From Thermoanaerobaculia bacterium (GTDB lineage Bacteria > Acidobacteriota > Thermoanaerobaculia > UBA5066): a stretch of DNA of 57,122 bases. Shown here in pieces: positions 9,899 to 20,403 of the stretch. The translations under genes were made by a program, and so were the position numbers. Location: NCBI GenBank assembly GCA_963816185.1, contig CAWFJJ010000018.1, positions 1 to 57,122 on the forward strand, written 5' to 3'. The notes beneath the pieces are model-generated. The model saw nothing but the letters and a program-made list of their open reading frames with translations, was not told the origin of the DNA and did no database searches. Each line of letters opens with the position of its first letter. Position 1 is the first letter of the stretch.

Positions 9899-11693
9899 AG
9901 GTCTCCAGCCACGCCGAGAACGTCAGCAGCATGGAGACGGTGTAGCCGCGCCCCGCCTCGAAGGGTTCCCTGGAGAAGTCGGCGAGCAGCTCGACGAGCT
10001 TCGGCCGGGGAACGAGATCGTGGAGCTTTAGGCCGGGCGCGAGCAGCCACCGTTCGAGGCCGGCTCGACCGGACTCCGACAGAAACTGCACCTCCCAGTT
10101 TCGCTCGATGACGTGGCGGCCCGTCGCGAGCCGGAAGACTTTCTTCAGCGCCCGCTTTGGCAGAAGGAGCACATCAGGCCTCGTTGCCCAATAAAGATCG
10201 GCGTCGCGCGCCTGCCATGTGATGCGGGCGAGGTCCGGCGCATGGCGCTTCAGATAATCGATCTGCAGTCGCCGGCCGGCCACGAACGTCGACGGAACGG
10301 TCGAGAAAAAGTCGGCCATGCGGTTGTCGTAAAACGGAAGTCGTGGGAACGCGCCGGCCTGGAACATTCGCAGGCTGGCCAGAGTCCAGCGGAACGACCA
10401 CTGCTCTGTCTTGAACGCTTTCATGCGGAAGTCGGGATCCTCGATCGCCGAGAGCCGCTCGAACTCGCGTCGGACGAACCCCCTCAGAAGCCCCTCCGCG
10501 CTTTCACCGCTCTTCACCCAAAGCGCACAGATGTTGCGCGCGAGCCAATCCCCTCCGCGTTTCCGGATCTTCCCGAGAGCGTGTTCGGCGACCGCCTCTG
10601 AATCGAGGGGGCCGGCCTCGACGATCCCCATGTCGTCGAGCCAAACGTCGCCCCAATGGGCGGCGACGACCCGGTCTGCCCGCTCCGCCAGCCTGGGAAC
10701 CACAACGGCCTGCCTGCACTGGGTGATCTCCTGAAAGCCCTCGATGCAGGGCGAAATCTCGTCCAGCCGTTCGAACAGATAGGGCCCGACGGTCAACGCC
10801 TCGAAAGGAATCGTCCGGGCGGCCGCGACGCGCCTCGCGATTCGCGTCTCTGCGGAATCCTCTGAATAGCCGTACGAATATGCCCAGAGGTTCCCCGAGT
10901 CGGACGGCGCGTTCCTGCCGCCGGTGAGGACGGCCACGGTGGTACGCGAGTCGAGCCCGCCCGAAATCGGAACCGCGAGTTGGCAGCTTGCGGCGTGTTC
11001 CGTGAGGACGTCTCGAAGAACCTCGCCAAATTGTTCCACCGTTTCGCCGTAGGATCGCCTTCCATCGGGCTCATGCCGCCAGGCCCACGTTTGCCCCTCT
11101 CGAAGAGGATGGCCGCTCGCGTCGAAGACCCGCCGTGTGGCCGGCCGAACGATCCGGACATCCTCGAAGAACGTCCGGTCTGCGGGAAAAAAGCCGAAGG
11201 AAAAAAAGCCTGTCAGCCCGATCCAATCCAGCCGCCGGCGTGAGGCGCTGGCGGCAACGGCCGGGGAGAAGGTGCCGATCGCCGCCCGCTGTCCATCAGA
11301 CGCGACATATGCATGAATGGTCCCGAATCGATCCGTCAGGACGTGCCATTCGCCCGCCCGTTCGTTCCACCCCAGGAGAATGAAGTGTCCATTGAGACTC
11401 GCAGCCGGTCTCCGCCCATCCGTCACCGCGAGGATTTCGTCCTCCAGGCTTCCTTCGGACGGCAGGCCGAACACCTCTCCCAGAAGCCACACCTGCCACG
11501 CACCCGCGACGACTCTCCGCATCGGGAAGCCCTTCCACCCCCGCCCGGCACCCTGTCGCCAGAGCGACCAGGCTTCCGTACGTTCCTCGAGAACCCACGG
11601 AACGCCCCCCTGACGGGCCATCTTCGGCCTCTCTCCATTGAACACGATGATGAGGTCGCCACACATGCCGTTGCGTTCGGCGGTGTCGCTCAC
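9891..11693 (-). CDS. Asparagine synthase-related amidotransferase/amide ligase (divergent)
   Basis: LNGHF, TDRFG, PP-loop PISGGLDSR, RLPFYD. GTG start has an AAGGAG SD and GTGA coupling. Confidence 0.75.
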   Translation of the reverse strand: MSDTAERNGMCGDLIIVFNGERPKMARQGGVPWVLEERTEAWSLWRQGAGRGWKGFPMRRVVAGAWQVWLLGEVFGLPSEGSLEDEILAVTDGRRPAASLNGHFILLGWNERAGEWHVLTDRFGTIHAYVASDGQRAAIGTFSPAVAASASRRRLDWIGLTGFFSFGFFPADRTFFEDVRIVRPATRRVFDASGHPLREGQTWAWRHEPDGRRSYGETVEQFGEVLRDVLTEHAASCQLAVPISGGLDSRTTVAVLTGGRNAPSDSGNLWAYSYGYSEDSAETRIARRVAAARTIPFEALTVGPYLFERLDEISPCIEGFQEITQCRQAVVVPRLAERADRVVAAHWGDVWLDDMGIVEAGPLDSEAVAEHALGKIRKRGGDWLARNICALWVKSGESAEGLLRGFVRREFERLSAIEDPDFRMKAFKTEQWSFRWTLASLRMFQAGAFPRLPFYDNRMADFFSTVPSTFVAGRRLQIDYLKRHAPDLARITWQARDADLYWATRPDVLLLPKRALKKVFRLATGRHVIERNWEVQFLSESGRAGLERWLLAPGLKLHDLVPRPKLVELLADFSREPFEAGRGYTVSMLLTFSAWLETYA

Positions 11694-12808
11694 AGGTGGC
11701 GCTCCTTGGCGAGATCGAGGTACAGTTGCTCGTAGGCTCTTGCCTCCTGCTCGATCGTGTACCGTTCCAACACACGCCGCCGCGCCTCCTCGCCAAACGA
11801 AGCCCGGACGCCAGAGGAGGCCAGACTTGCCAGAGCGTCGGCGAGGGCGCCCGGATCTCCGGGCCTGACGAGGGCTCCGCTCCGACCAGGCACCAGGAGA
11901 TCACGGCACCCAGGCACATCTGACGCGATGCACGCCCGCCTGCTGCTCATGGCCTCCAACAATGCCACCGGGGAGCCTTCGCCCGGCGGCATCGACGGCA
12001 AGACGAAAACGTCGAGCTCCGAGAGCAGAGCCGGCACCTCGGTGACCGGCCCCATGAAGTGCACACGCTCCGCCACCCGGAGCTCCTCGGCGAGCCTCTC
12101 CAGGCCGCTCGCGTAGGCTGCATCGAGCCGCGGCCCGGCCAGGACCGCGTGAGTGCCGGGGACCCTCGCGATGGCTTGGATCAGTGTTCCTTGCCCTTTG
12201 ATTGGGAGAAGGTTCGCCACACAGCCGACCAGGAGCGAGCTCTCGGAAACCCCGAAGCGCCCTCGAAGGGCGAGTCGATGGGGCACCTCGCCCGTGAACC
12301 GCTTCGTGTCGACGCCCCGTGGAACCAGGCTGGTCTTGCGAGCGAAGAGCGGCCCTCGGAAGAACTCTTTCAGCATGTTCGTATTCTGCGCAGCGATGCG
12401 GCCCGCGAGTGCGCTTCGCAGAAACCACGAACGACGATTCCAGCCCATGTTCTTCTTCGTGAAGACCCAGGCGCGTGCGCCGGCCGCCCGAGCCACGAGA
12501 GGCTCCGTATAGTCGTCGGCGTAATGGAACGAGTGCCAAACCTGAAAACCGTGAGGACGGAACACAGCGGCCGCCCGCAGGACGCGTGCAGGCAGGCTCC
12601 AGAGCGGGCGCGGTTCGACGAGCATGGGCGCTTCGAGAAAGGGGATGCCCATGCCTTCCACGGCGGCGTCGAGGGCGCCTCCCTTTCTGAGAACGCAGAT
12701 GGCCGGCGCAAACCGGCTCCGGTCGAGTCGCTTGACGATGTTCAACATCGCGCCCCCGGAGCCGGCGCTGATGAAGTTCGGTATCGTGAACAGAATCCGG
12801 ATCGGCAT
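11690..12808 (-). CDS. Glycosyltransferase family 4
   Basis: VANLLPIKGQ, PSMPPGEGSPVALLEAMS. Start is coupled to the asnB stop. Confidence 0.9.
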   Translation of the reverse strand: MPIRILFTIPNFISAGSGGAMLNIVKRLDRSRFAPAICVLRKGGALDAAVEGMGIPFLEAPMLVEPRPLWSLPARVLRAAAVFRPHGFQVWHSFHYADDYTEPLVARAAGARAWVFTKKNMGWNRRSWFLRSALAGRIAAQNTNMLKEFFRGPLFARKTSLVPRGVDTKRFTGEVPHRLALRGRFGVSESSLLVGCVANLLPIKGQGTLIQAIARVPGTHAVLAGPRLDAAYASGLERLAEELRVAERVHFMGPVTEVPALLSELDVFVLPSMPPGEGSPVALLEAMSSRRACIASDVPGCRDLLVPGRSGALVRPGDPGALADALASLASSGVRASFGEEARRRVLERYTIEQEARAYEQLYLDLAKERHL

Positions 12809-14688
12809 CACGCCGCCGGTCGCTTCGAGAGCCGCGCCCGTCCCCACCACTGGAGTGAAAGGAGTGTCCAGATCGCCCACTTGTAATCCACCTCGCCCCT
12901 CAAGTGGCGCTCCCAGAAGCTCCGCACAGCGCGGCGATCGAACAGACCAGCCGGAAACAATTCGTCTCCGAAGAGGCTCTCCTCGACCACCGGGCGAAGC
13001 CGCCCCCGCAGCCATTCGCCGAGCGGAACCGCAAACCCGCGCTTCGAGCGAGGGATTGCCTCGGCCGGCACAAATCGCGAAAGCATCTCCCGAAGAGGCG
13101 CTTTCCGCGTGGCGCCCTGCATGCAGCGCTCCGGGCTGATCCGCAGGGACAGATCGATGACCTCGCGGTCGAGAAACGGTGTCCGGACCTCCAGGCCGTA
13201 ATTCATCGACGCCATGTCGACCTTCTTCAGGCCGCGCTGCAACTGTCCGTAGAACTCCGCATGGCGCGAGAAGTTCGCAAGGTCCCTCTCGCTCCGGAAG
13301 CCGTCGAACGCATAGAGGCGAAAGTCCGCGGGCATCGATGGCAGACCGGGCGCGAGGCGCGACAATTCCTCAGCCGGAAACCGGCTGTTGACATCGAAAT
13401 AATAGGACCCGACGGACCGGTGTGCGATCGCGTCCGGCCTCCTCGGGCCGAACCCGAACCGGCCGGCCGCGTGAAGCGCCCGACGCACGACAAAGGGCCA
13501 GCGGAAGGCAGCCCCGCCGCGAAGCAGAGAAAGCGGTCTCTCGTATCCGAAGAAAAGCTCGTCGCCGCCGTCCCCACTCAAAGAGACCGTGACGCTCCGC
13601 CGGGCAAAACGCGACAAGAGCAGTGTCGGCAGAATCGAAAAGTCCGCGAAGGGCTCGTATTGGGCAGCCGCGACCTCCTGGATCGCGGATACGAGATCCT
13701 CCTCGCTGGCATCCAGCCGCCGGAAATCGACATCCAACAGCCGCGCGTAGTTCATCGCGTCCGGACCCTCGTCCTGGTGCCAACCAGGATTCGCGAGGGT
13801 GAAGGCGGCCAGGCCCGGTCCGCTTTGGGCGCGTGCCACGGCCGTGACCAAGGGTGAGTCGATACCGCCCGAGAGGAAGACGCCGAGCGGCACGTCGGAG
13901 ACGCGATGACGCCTCACGGCCCCGGCCAGAGTCGGCCCCAATTCCTCGACGACGGCATCGTCGACCGACTCCGGAGAAGGGTCGCGCGGCAGCATCCACC
14001 AGTTTCGAAGCGTCGCCGAGCCGCCCGGCTGCCATTCCAGCAACTCGCCCGGACCGAGCTGGTGCGTGTTCTCGAGCAAGCCGTAAGGAGCCGGAATATG
14101 GTGGAGGCGCAGATAGAGATGAAGGACATCCTGGCGAACCGCACCGGGCTCGCCCCAGGGCGTCAGCAGCAGCTGATCGAACTGGGATCCAAACGCGATG
14201 CCTCGACCGGAGGGAGGGACGAAGTAGTAGAGCGGCTTGATTCCCGCGTGGTCCCGCGCCAGGAGCAGCCGTCGCGACCGCCGGTTCCACCAGGCGAACG
14301 CGAACATTCCATTCAGGCGCGGCAGCACATCGGCCCCCCACAGCGACAGGGCTTCGAGGAGAACTTCCGTATCGCTGTGAGACCGGAAACGAACGCCCTC
14401 GGCCTCCAGCTCACGGCGAAGGTCCATGAAGTTGTAGATCTCTCCGTTCATGACGATGACGGATCCGGCATCCGCCGCGACCATGGGCTGGTGGCCAGCC
14501 GGCGTCGGGTCGAGAACCGCGAGCCGGCGGAACCCGAAAATTGCATGTCCCTCCGGATCGCTCCAGAAACCCTCATCGTCGGGACCGCGACGCACGACCG
14601 CAGCCGTCATCCGGCACACAGCCTCCCGGAAGGCGACGTCGTGAACCGCCTCGCCGTCCGAAGTTACGATCCCCGCGATTCCGCACAT
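12808..14688 (-). CDS. asnB: Asparagine synthase (glutamine-hydrolysing) family amidotransferase, polysaccharide-associated (WbpS-like role)
   Basis: N-terminal MCGIAG, RGPD, GHQPM, NGEIYN, FLSGGIDS, SGDGGDELFFGY, GLEVRTPFLD. Confidence 0.9.
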   Translation of the reverse strand: MCGIAGIVTSDGEAVHDVAFREAVCRMTAAVVRRGPDDEGFWSDPEGHAIFGFRRLAVLDPTPAGHQPMVAADAGSVIVMNGEIYNFMDLRRELEAEGVRFRSHSDTEVLLEALSLWGADVLPRLNGMFAFAWWNRRSRRLLLARDHAGIKPLYYFVPPSGRGIAFGSQFDQLLLTPWGEPGAVRQDVLHLYLRLHHIPAPYGLLENTHQLGPGELLEWQPGGSATLRNWWMLPRDPSPESVDDAVVEELGPTLAGAVRRHRVSDVPLGVFLSGGIDSPLVTAVARAQSGPGLAAFTLANPGWHQDEGPDAMNYARLLDVDFRRLDASEEDLVSAIQEVAAAQYEPFADFSILPTLLLSRFARRSVTVSLSGDGGDELFFGYERPLSLLRGGAAFRWPFVVRRALHAAGRFGFGPRRPDAIAHRSVGSYYFDVNSRFPAEELSRLAPGLPSMPADFRLYAFDGFRSERDLANFSRHAEFYGQLQRGLKKVDMASMNYGLEVRTPFLDREVIDLSLRISPERCMQGATRKAPLREMLSRFVPAEAIPRSKRGFAVPLGEWLRGRLRPVVEESLFGDELFPAGLFDRRAVRSFWERHLRGEVDYKWAIWTLLSLQWWGRARLSKRPAA

Positions 14689-14705
14689 CAGGGCGAAGGT
14701 CTCCG

Positions 14706-15986
14706 CTATCCAGGACCTTCCGGCCGCGCTTCCGCGAGCGTGGCGCGCCGGGCGTTCCGCCACCCGGCCGCTGCGCGAAGGGTATGGCGCCAGCCGGGGT
14801 CCACGACGGTAAGAGACCTTTCCGCTCCCGTGAAAACGTCGCGGTAGAGGCCTTCCCGATCGATGGCTTCCCCAAGCTCCGAAGTCGTGAGAAAGCGGGG
14901 CCGCATTGGCCTCAAGGCATCAAGCAGCTCTTCCAGGTCATGAAGGCCGCCGTCTCGGTACCGTCCCGTGTAGTTGACGCGGTGCGTATCGACGACGGCC
15001 GGAACGCCTTGATCGAAGCACGAGCGGATACCCGCGAGAGCCGCCGCGATGCCCTGGTGAGGGCGCTCGGGTCGCGGCTCGAATCTGACGGATCGAGAGA
15101 GATAAAGGAGACCGCTCGGAGACCGCTCGCCCAGCGCGTGCGAGACCGAGACGCTCCCGTATTCGCCGGCCTGGCCGCGCAGGACCTGATATTGGCCGCC
15201 CTGGACGAAGCGGAGCCCCGCCTCTCGCCACGCCTTTTCGATACGCGAGGAAAACACGTAATGCGGCGCAATGGTGGAGGTCGGTCTCCGGCCAAAGACT
15301 TTTTCGAGAGTATCGAGCGAGCCCTTCAATTCGGCGGCGAGTGTCCGTTCGTCCCGTTCGACGCCCGTATGCCACGACATGTACTCCGTGTGATAGCGCT
15401 GGCCCTGGCCTTCCAGAAGCGAAAGACCGCCATGCCGGTGCTCGGAAGAGAGCACGCGTGCACCGGCGACGTCACTTCTCAGATCTGCCATCCACGCCTC
15501 CACGGAGAAATGGGATCGCCCATGAAGTTCCGCGCAGAGAACGCCACGCGCGACTCCCTCCCGCCACGCAGGGCGGAGATCCTCGCGTCTGCTCAGGAGA
15601 ATCTCGTGGTAGACCTCGTAACGATCTCGTTTGATCGCGTCATGGTCCGGATTCGCGACGACGACGTTCGCCGTGAGCACCGCGGGGCGGCCCGACGCGT
15701 CCCGGTGCCCGTCGAGGACGTCGAAAAGGCGCCGCAGATCCTCGGCCGTTTCCATCTGCTCGTCCGCCCGCTGGCCCGGTTTGCCGAACGCCTTGAGCCG
15801 TTCCGACGACGCCCGCCGATCGAGCCCCCAGTCGTCGCTCTCGAGAATGAGCACCGGTTCTGCGCATCGCCACTGGGCGTGTTTCTGACCCCACCGCTCC
15901 ACGCGCCGAAACAGATGCCGGCCTGTCGGCATTGACGGAATCGAGGGCGCACGGCCATGCACGACGAACTTGCTGCCGGACGCCAT
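14706..15986 (-). CDS. Polysaccharide deacetylase-like (NodB-type fold) protein
   Basis: ILESDDWG, ELHGRSH, IAPHY, DTHRVNY, FLTTSEL. Start uncertain (ATG 15986 or 15932). Confidence 0.6.
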   Translation of the reverse strand: MASGSKFVVHGRAPSIPSMPTGRHLFRRVERWGQKHAQWRCAEPVLILESDDWGLDRRASSERLKAFGKPGQRADEQMETAEDLRRLFDVLDGHRDASGRPAVLTANVVVANPDHDAIKRDRYEVYHEILLSRREDLRPAWREGVARGVLCAELHGRSHFSVEAWMADLRSDVAGARVLSSEHRHGGLSLLEGQGQRYHTEYMSWHTGVERDERTLAAELKGSLDTLEKVFGRRPTSTIAPHYVFSSRIEKAWREAGLRFVQGGQYQVLRGQAGEYGSVSVSHALGERSPSGLLYLSRSVRFEPRPERPHQGIAAALAGIRSCFDQGVPAVVDTHRVNYTGRYRDGGLHDLEELLDALRPMRPRFLTTSELGEAIDREGLYRDVFTGAERSLTVVDPGWRHTLRAAAGWRNARRATLAEARPEGPG

Positions 15987-17177
15987 TCCCGCCGTCTCGA
16001 ACCTCGTCGTACAGCTCCGCCCACTTTTTCGCCATGGCATCGATGGAGTACCGCGCCGCCACCTCCATCGCGTTCCGTGCGACCGTCGGAACGCACGGAA
16101 GGATCGCAGAGGCGCTCGAGTGCCTCGGCCAGCTTTTCGGCGTCCTCCGCCAGGAACCAACATCCCGGTATCACCGCCCAGTAACCCGGCATTCCACCAA
16201 CGTCGGTGGCCACGCATGGCAGTCCAGTCGGCAAGGGCTTCCAGCAGCGAGATTCGCAAATCCTTCCGAACGCGACGACTGAACGTACACGTCGAGGTTC
16301 GAAAGGAACCCGGACACGTCCGATTGGTATCCGAGCAGTGTCACCCATCTCTCCAGCCCTCGGCTCTCGATCTCGGCTTGAAGACTCGACCGGAGGTTTC
16401 CATCGCCTCCAATCAGGACGCGGATCGGAACGCCTCTCCTGACCAGAACTTCTGCTGCCGCCACGAGGACGTCATAACCCTTCACTGGAGCCAGACGGCC
16501 TAGCGCTCCGATCACCACCACATCCTTTCGGAATGTTCAGCTCGGCACGCAGGCTCTCGCGGTCGCGGGCGCCGCCGAAAAGGCCTTGAAATCGACTCCC
16601 CCGTGAATGAGAACCGCTCCACCAGGAGGTCTGACACCGCGAGCCTCGAGGTCGGATACGATCGCCTCGGACACCCCCATGACCCGCCCGCGGCCGCCGT
16701 GAAGCGTCTTCACCGCCCGCTTCCACCGATCCAGCTCGCTTCCCTCCGGCTTGTACATCCCGTGAATTGTCCATACCCAGGGGACGCGCGCCACGCTGAC
16801 AGCGGCTTCGGCCTGATCGTCGATCCGCAGGCTCACGTGACTGTGAACGATGGTTGCCTCAAGATCCCGATCGCGCCCGCGAGACGCCGCGAGAATGTCC
16901 AGGCCAGTCGCTGCCGGACCCACTTGGAAGCTCGATACGGACTCATGCCGACGGCCGATGGCCATAGAAACGGGCAAAACCTCGTTTCGAAACCAGCGTC
17001 TTGAAACTGCTGAACCAACTGCCCTTTTACGCCCTCTACACAAACCACCGCGTGGGTGACACCTGCGAGCGCCGGGGACGCCGCCGCGGACAGGATCAGC
17101 CTTTGGACGCCACCACCGCCGAGCGTTCCAACCACGTGCACGATTCGATGTCTCGGCTGGCTCATGTTCTTGCTCAT
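15960..17177 (-). pseudogene. GT4 glycosyltransferase broken by about 8 single-base frameshifts (pseudogene or, more likely, sequencing indels)
   Basis: Fragments in three frames join into one GT4: HVVGTLGGGGVQR / IVHSH..WTIHG / LGRLAPVKG..SRSEGF / ISLLEAL / TGLPCVATDVGG / GMLVP / AEDAEKLAEAL / YSIDAMAKKWAELY. The 3-prime end is approximate. Confidence 0.75.
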
Positions 17178-18520
17178 CGGGCGTGCGCGGAAGCACCTTC
17201 GCCGAGGTCGCCATTCCCAGCCGGTTCTTCCAAGGCTCCGCCGGCTGAAAGCAACTCGGTGCTCCAGTGGAAAAGAGGGCGAATAACGCCCTTATGCCGC
17301 CCATACCACGCGACCCGCCGCACGCTGAGGTCGTGCACGGTGAACACGGCAGCCCATGGATAGTCGAACAGTTTCGCAGGGGAGGTGTCGACGAAGAGCA
17401 CTCGAATCCGATAGTCTCCCTCATTTAGCAGGTTTCCGGGAATCCGACAGACACTTCGGAAGAGCCCCCGCGAGAAGAGTTTCGGCTGCCAGGCCGACTC
17501 GTCAGAGGTATAAGTGTCAAGAACCGTCTGGCCCTCCATCGTGAACAGCTCTACATGGACATCGACGGCTGTGTCCGGAACGAGATTCCAATAATCGATC
17601 GTGATTCGAAAAGGCGTGTCCATGCCGATGCCACGGGACGGATCGAGGTTCTCGGGCACCACTCGCACCGCTCGAACCCGTATCCGCGAGTTGCCGGGTG
17701 CACCGTTTAGATCATGCCATTCCTTGCTTTCAGAGCCGAGCGCCTCCCGCGTTGACGCAACGTAGGCCGCCACTACGTCGGCTGTCGCGCCCGTGGCGGC
17801 TATGCGACCGCGGTCGAGCAGGATTGTGCGCGAGCAAAGTGTATTGACGGCCTGAAGGTTATGACTGACGAAAAGGACGGTGCGACCGCTGGTCGCGACC
17901 GCGCCCATCTTCCCGAGGCATTTCCTCTGGAAGGCCGAGTCGCCGACGGCGAGCACCTCGTCCACGATCAGGATCTCGGGCTCGAGGTGGGCGGCCACGG
18001 CGAACGCGAGCCGGAGGTACATGCCGCTCGAGTAGTGCTTGACGGCGGTGTCCACGAACTGCTCGACCTCGGCAAACGCGACGATGTCGTCAAATCGACG
18101 AAGGATTTCTGCCCGGCGCATGCCAAGGATCGCGCCGTTCATGAAGATGTTCTCGCGGCCGGTCAGCTCGGGATGGAAACCGGTGCCGACCTCGAGCAGC
18201 GCGCGTACGCGCCCCCGGATCTTCACTTCGCCCAAGGTCGGCTCCGTGATGCGGGAGAGGACCTTGAGCAGCGTGCTCTTGCCCGCGCCGTTTCGGCCGA
18301 TGATCCCTACGACTTCGCCGGCGGCGATGTCGAAGGTGACGTCGCGAAGGGCCCAGAAGGTCTCCGGCGGGGCATCACGGGAGAAGAGGCGCCTCACCGC
18401 TCTGGCCGGCTGCCGAAAGGGCTCGGAGAGCGTCTCCCGGATCGTCTTGTACGGACGCTTCGGGCCGCCAAGATGGAACTCCTTTCCGAGGTCCCGAGCC
18501 CGAACGACGGCGTCGCTCAC
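17174..18520 (-). CDS. wzt: Polysaccharide ABC transporter ATP-binding subunit with C-terminal Wzt_C carbohydrate-binding domain, copy 1
   Basis: Walker A GRNGAGKST, signature YSSGM, Walker B ILIVDEVLAVGD, VSH, plus a ~190 aa C-terminal beta-domain. Confidence 0.92.
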   Translation of the reverse strand: MSDAVVRARDLGKEFHLGGPKRPYKTIRETLSEPFRQPARAVRRLFSRDAPPETFWALRDVTFDIAAGEVVGIIGRNGAGKSTLLKVLSRITEPTLGEVKIRGRVRALLEVGTGFHPELTGRENIFMNGAILGMRRAEILRRFDDIVAFAEVEQFVDTAVKHYSSGMYLRLAFAVAAHLEPEILIVDEVLAVGDSAFQRKCLGKMGAVATSGRTVLFVSHNLQAVNTLCSRTILLDRGRIAATGATADVVAAYVASTREALGSESKEWHDLNGAPGNSRIRVRAVRVVPENLDPSRGIGMDTPFRITIDYWNLVPDTAVDVHVELFTMEGQTVLDTYTSDESAWQPKLFSRGLFRSVCRIPGNLLNEGDYRIRVLFVDTSPAKLFDYPWAAVFTVHDLSVRRVAWYGRHKGVIRPLFHWSTELLSAGGALEEPAGNGDLGEGASAHAR

Positions 18521-18529
18521 GAATGCCTC

Positions 18530-19393
18530 TCAGACGACGTCGGCAAACGTCTTCTCCATCCGCCGAAAGAAGAACGCTCCCGAAACGAGCACGAGCAGGG
18601 TGACGGCGGCGCTGGCCACGAGAATAGACCCGGGCCGCGAGCCAGTCCCAAGAAGAGCCCACCGGAATCCTTCGACGACGCCCGCCATCGGATTCAGGCC
18701 GCAGAGCCACGGCGGCAGGCCGTGTTCCGCCAGCTTCGCCGTCAACTTGCTCGTCGGATAGATGACCGGCGTGACGAAAAGCCAGAGCTGAACGAAGAAC
18801 GGCACGACATAACGGACGTCGCGGTACTCGACATTGAGAGCTGCGAGCCACAAACCAAACCCAAGCGCCGCGAGAAGGGCCAGCAGAAGGAGAAGCGGCA
18901 GCCAGATCACCATGATCGTCGGCGGCACCCTGTACCAGGCCATCAGCCCGATCAGGACGACGAAAGCGACGGCGAAGTCGACCAAACCCGTCAGAACGGA
19001 CGCGAGCGGAATGATCAGTCGCGGGAAGTACACCTTCTTGATGAGGTTCGACGACCCGACGAGGCTGTTGGAGGACTGGGTGAGTCCGAACGCGAAAAAC
19101 GTCCACGGAAGAATGCCCGTGTACGAAAAGAGAGGATACGGAAGCCCGTCGGAACCGACGCGGGCGAGCCCGCCGAAAAAGATCGTGAAGATCACCATCG
19201 TCAGAAGCGGCTGAAGGACCGCCCACGCCGCACCCAGGGCCGTCTGCTTGTACCGGACCTTCACGTCGCGCCAGACGAGGAAGTAAAGGAGCTGGCGGAA
19301 CTCCCATACGTCGCCGAGCCGAAGCGATGTCCAGCCCTGGGTAGGGCGAATCACGATCCAGGTGGCGTCCGTCGACTCGCGCGTCGTACTCAT
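18530..19393 (-). CDS. wzm: Polysaccharide ABC transporter permease
   Basis: RDVKVRYKQTALGAAWAVLQP, KKVYFPR, YRDV, TPVIYP, LNPMAGVVEGFR. Confidence 0.92.
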   Translation of the reverse strand: MSTTRESTDATWIVIRPTQGWTSLRLGDVWEFRQLLYFLVWRDVKVRYKQTALGAAWAVLQPLLTMVIFTIFFGGLARVGSDGLPYPLFSYTGILPWTFFAFGLTQSSNSLVGSSNLIKKVYFPRLIIPLASVLTGLVDFAVAFVVLIGLMAWYRVPPTIMVIWLPLLLLLALLAALGFGLWLAALNVEYRDVRYVVPFFVQLWLFVTPVIYPTSKLTAKLAEHGLPPWLCGLNPMAGVVEGFRWALLGTGSRPGSILVASAAVTLLVLVSGAFFFRRMEKTFADVV

Positions 19394-19415
19394 GGCTGCG
19401 TTCTGCGCCTCATAC

Positions 19416-20390
19416 TCACCGGCGTGCCGCCTGGCGGACAGCGCCTCGGTAGTGCGTCGTCGCCATCGCGAGGCCCTCGGGCAGCGCCACCCGAGGCATC
19501 CACCCCAGCGAGGCCATGACCCGCCCCAGGTCGGCCAGTGAATGCGGGATATCGCCGGGACGCGGGGCGACATGTTCGGCCGCGAGCCCCGACCCCGAAA
19601 CCTCGCGCACGAGCGTCGCGAGCTCGTTCACCGTCGTCCTCCGCCCACCCGCCACGTTGTAAACAGGGCCGCCTGCCAACCCCGGCGCCTCGGCGGCAGC
19701 CAGGTTCGCAGCCACGGCATCCGAGACGTACGTGAAGTCACGCGACTGCTCGCCATCACCGTAAATGACCGGCGCTTCCCCCGCGAGGCAGGACTTGAAG
19801 AAGCGCGGGATGACGGCCGCGTAAGGGCCGTCGGGGTCCTGACGCGGACCGTAGACGTTGAAATACCGAAGGCCCACGAACTGCATCCCGAAACACCGGA
19901 CGAAGACGTCGGCGAGCTGCTCGTTCATGACCTTCGACAGGGCGTACGGCGAAAGGGGTCTGCCTTCTTCGCCTTCCCGCTTCGGGAGGTTTTGGCTGTC
20001 GCCATACACGCTCGATGAAGAGGCATAAACCACCCGGGCTACCTTCGCTTCCCGGGCCGCCGCGAAGACGTTCGCCGTTCCCGCGACATTGACCGAGATC
20101 GTCGTCGCCGGATCGCTCATCGAACGCGGAACGGAACCGCGGGCCGCCTGATGGAAGACGAACGCAGCGCCCTCACAGGCACGGCGGCAGGTTTCCAGGT
20201 CGCGGATGTCCCCTTCCACGAATTCGATTCGCGACAGGACCCCTCCCAGGTTCTCGCGCCGGCCGCTCGAGAGGTCGTCGAGGACTCGCACGCGGGCACC
20301 CTTCTCGAGCAGGGCGTCGACGAGGTGCGAGCCGATGAACCCCGCACCGCCGGTCACGAGAGTGAGCTTTCCCAGGAGGACGTTGCTCAC
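19416..20390 (-). CDS. NAD-dependent UDP-GlcNAc(A) 4-epimerase (WbpP/TviC-like SDR)
   Basis: TGGAGFIGS, YASSSSVYG, PYALSK (YxxxK), LRYFNVYGPRQDP, YAAVIP. Confidence 0.9.
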   Translation of the reverse strand: MSNVLLGKLTLVTGGAGFIGSHLVDALLEKGARVRVLDDLSSGRRENLGGVLSRIEFVEGDIRDLETCRRACEGAAFVFHQAARGSVPRSMSDPATTISVNVAGTANVFAAAREAKVARVVYASSSSVYGDSQNLPKREGEEGRPLSPYALSKVMNEQLADVFVRCFGMQFVGLRYFNVYGPRQDPDGPYAAVIPRFFKSCLAGEAPVIYGDGEQSRDFTYVSDAVAANLAAAEAPGLAGGPVYNVAGGRRTTVNELATLVREVSGSGLAAEHVAPRPGDIPHSLADLGRVMASLGWMPRVALPEGLAMATTHYRGAVRQAARR

Positions 20391-20403
20391 GGGCGTCGGG
20401 TCC

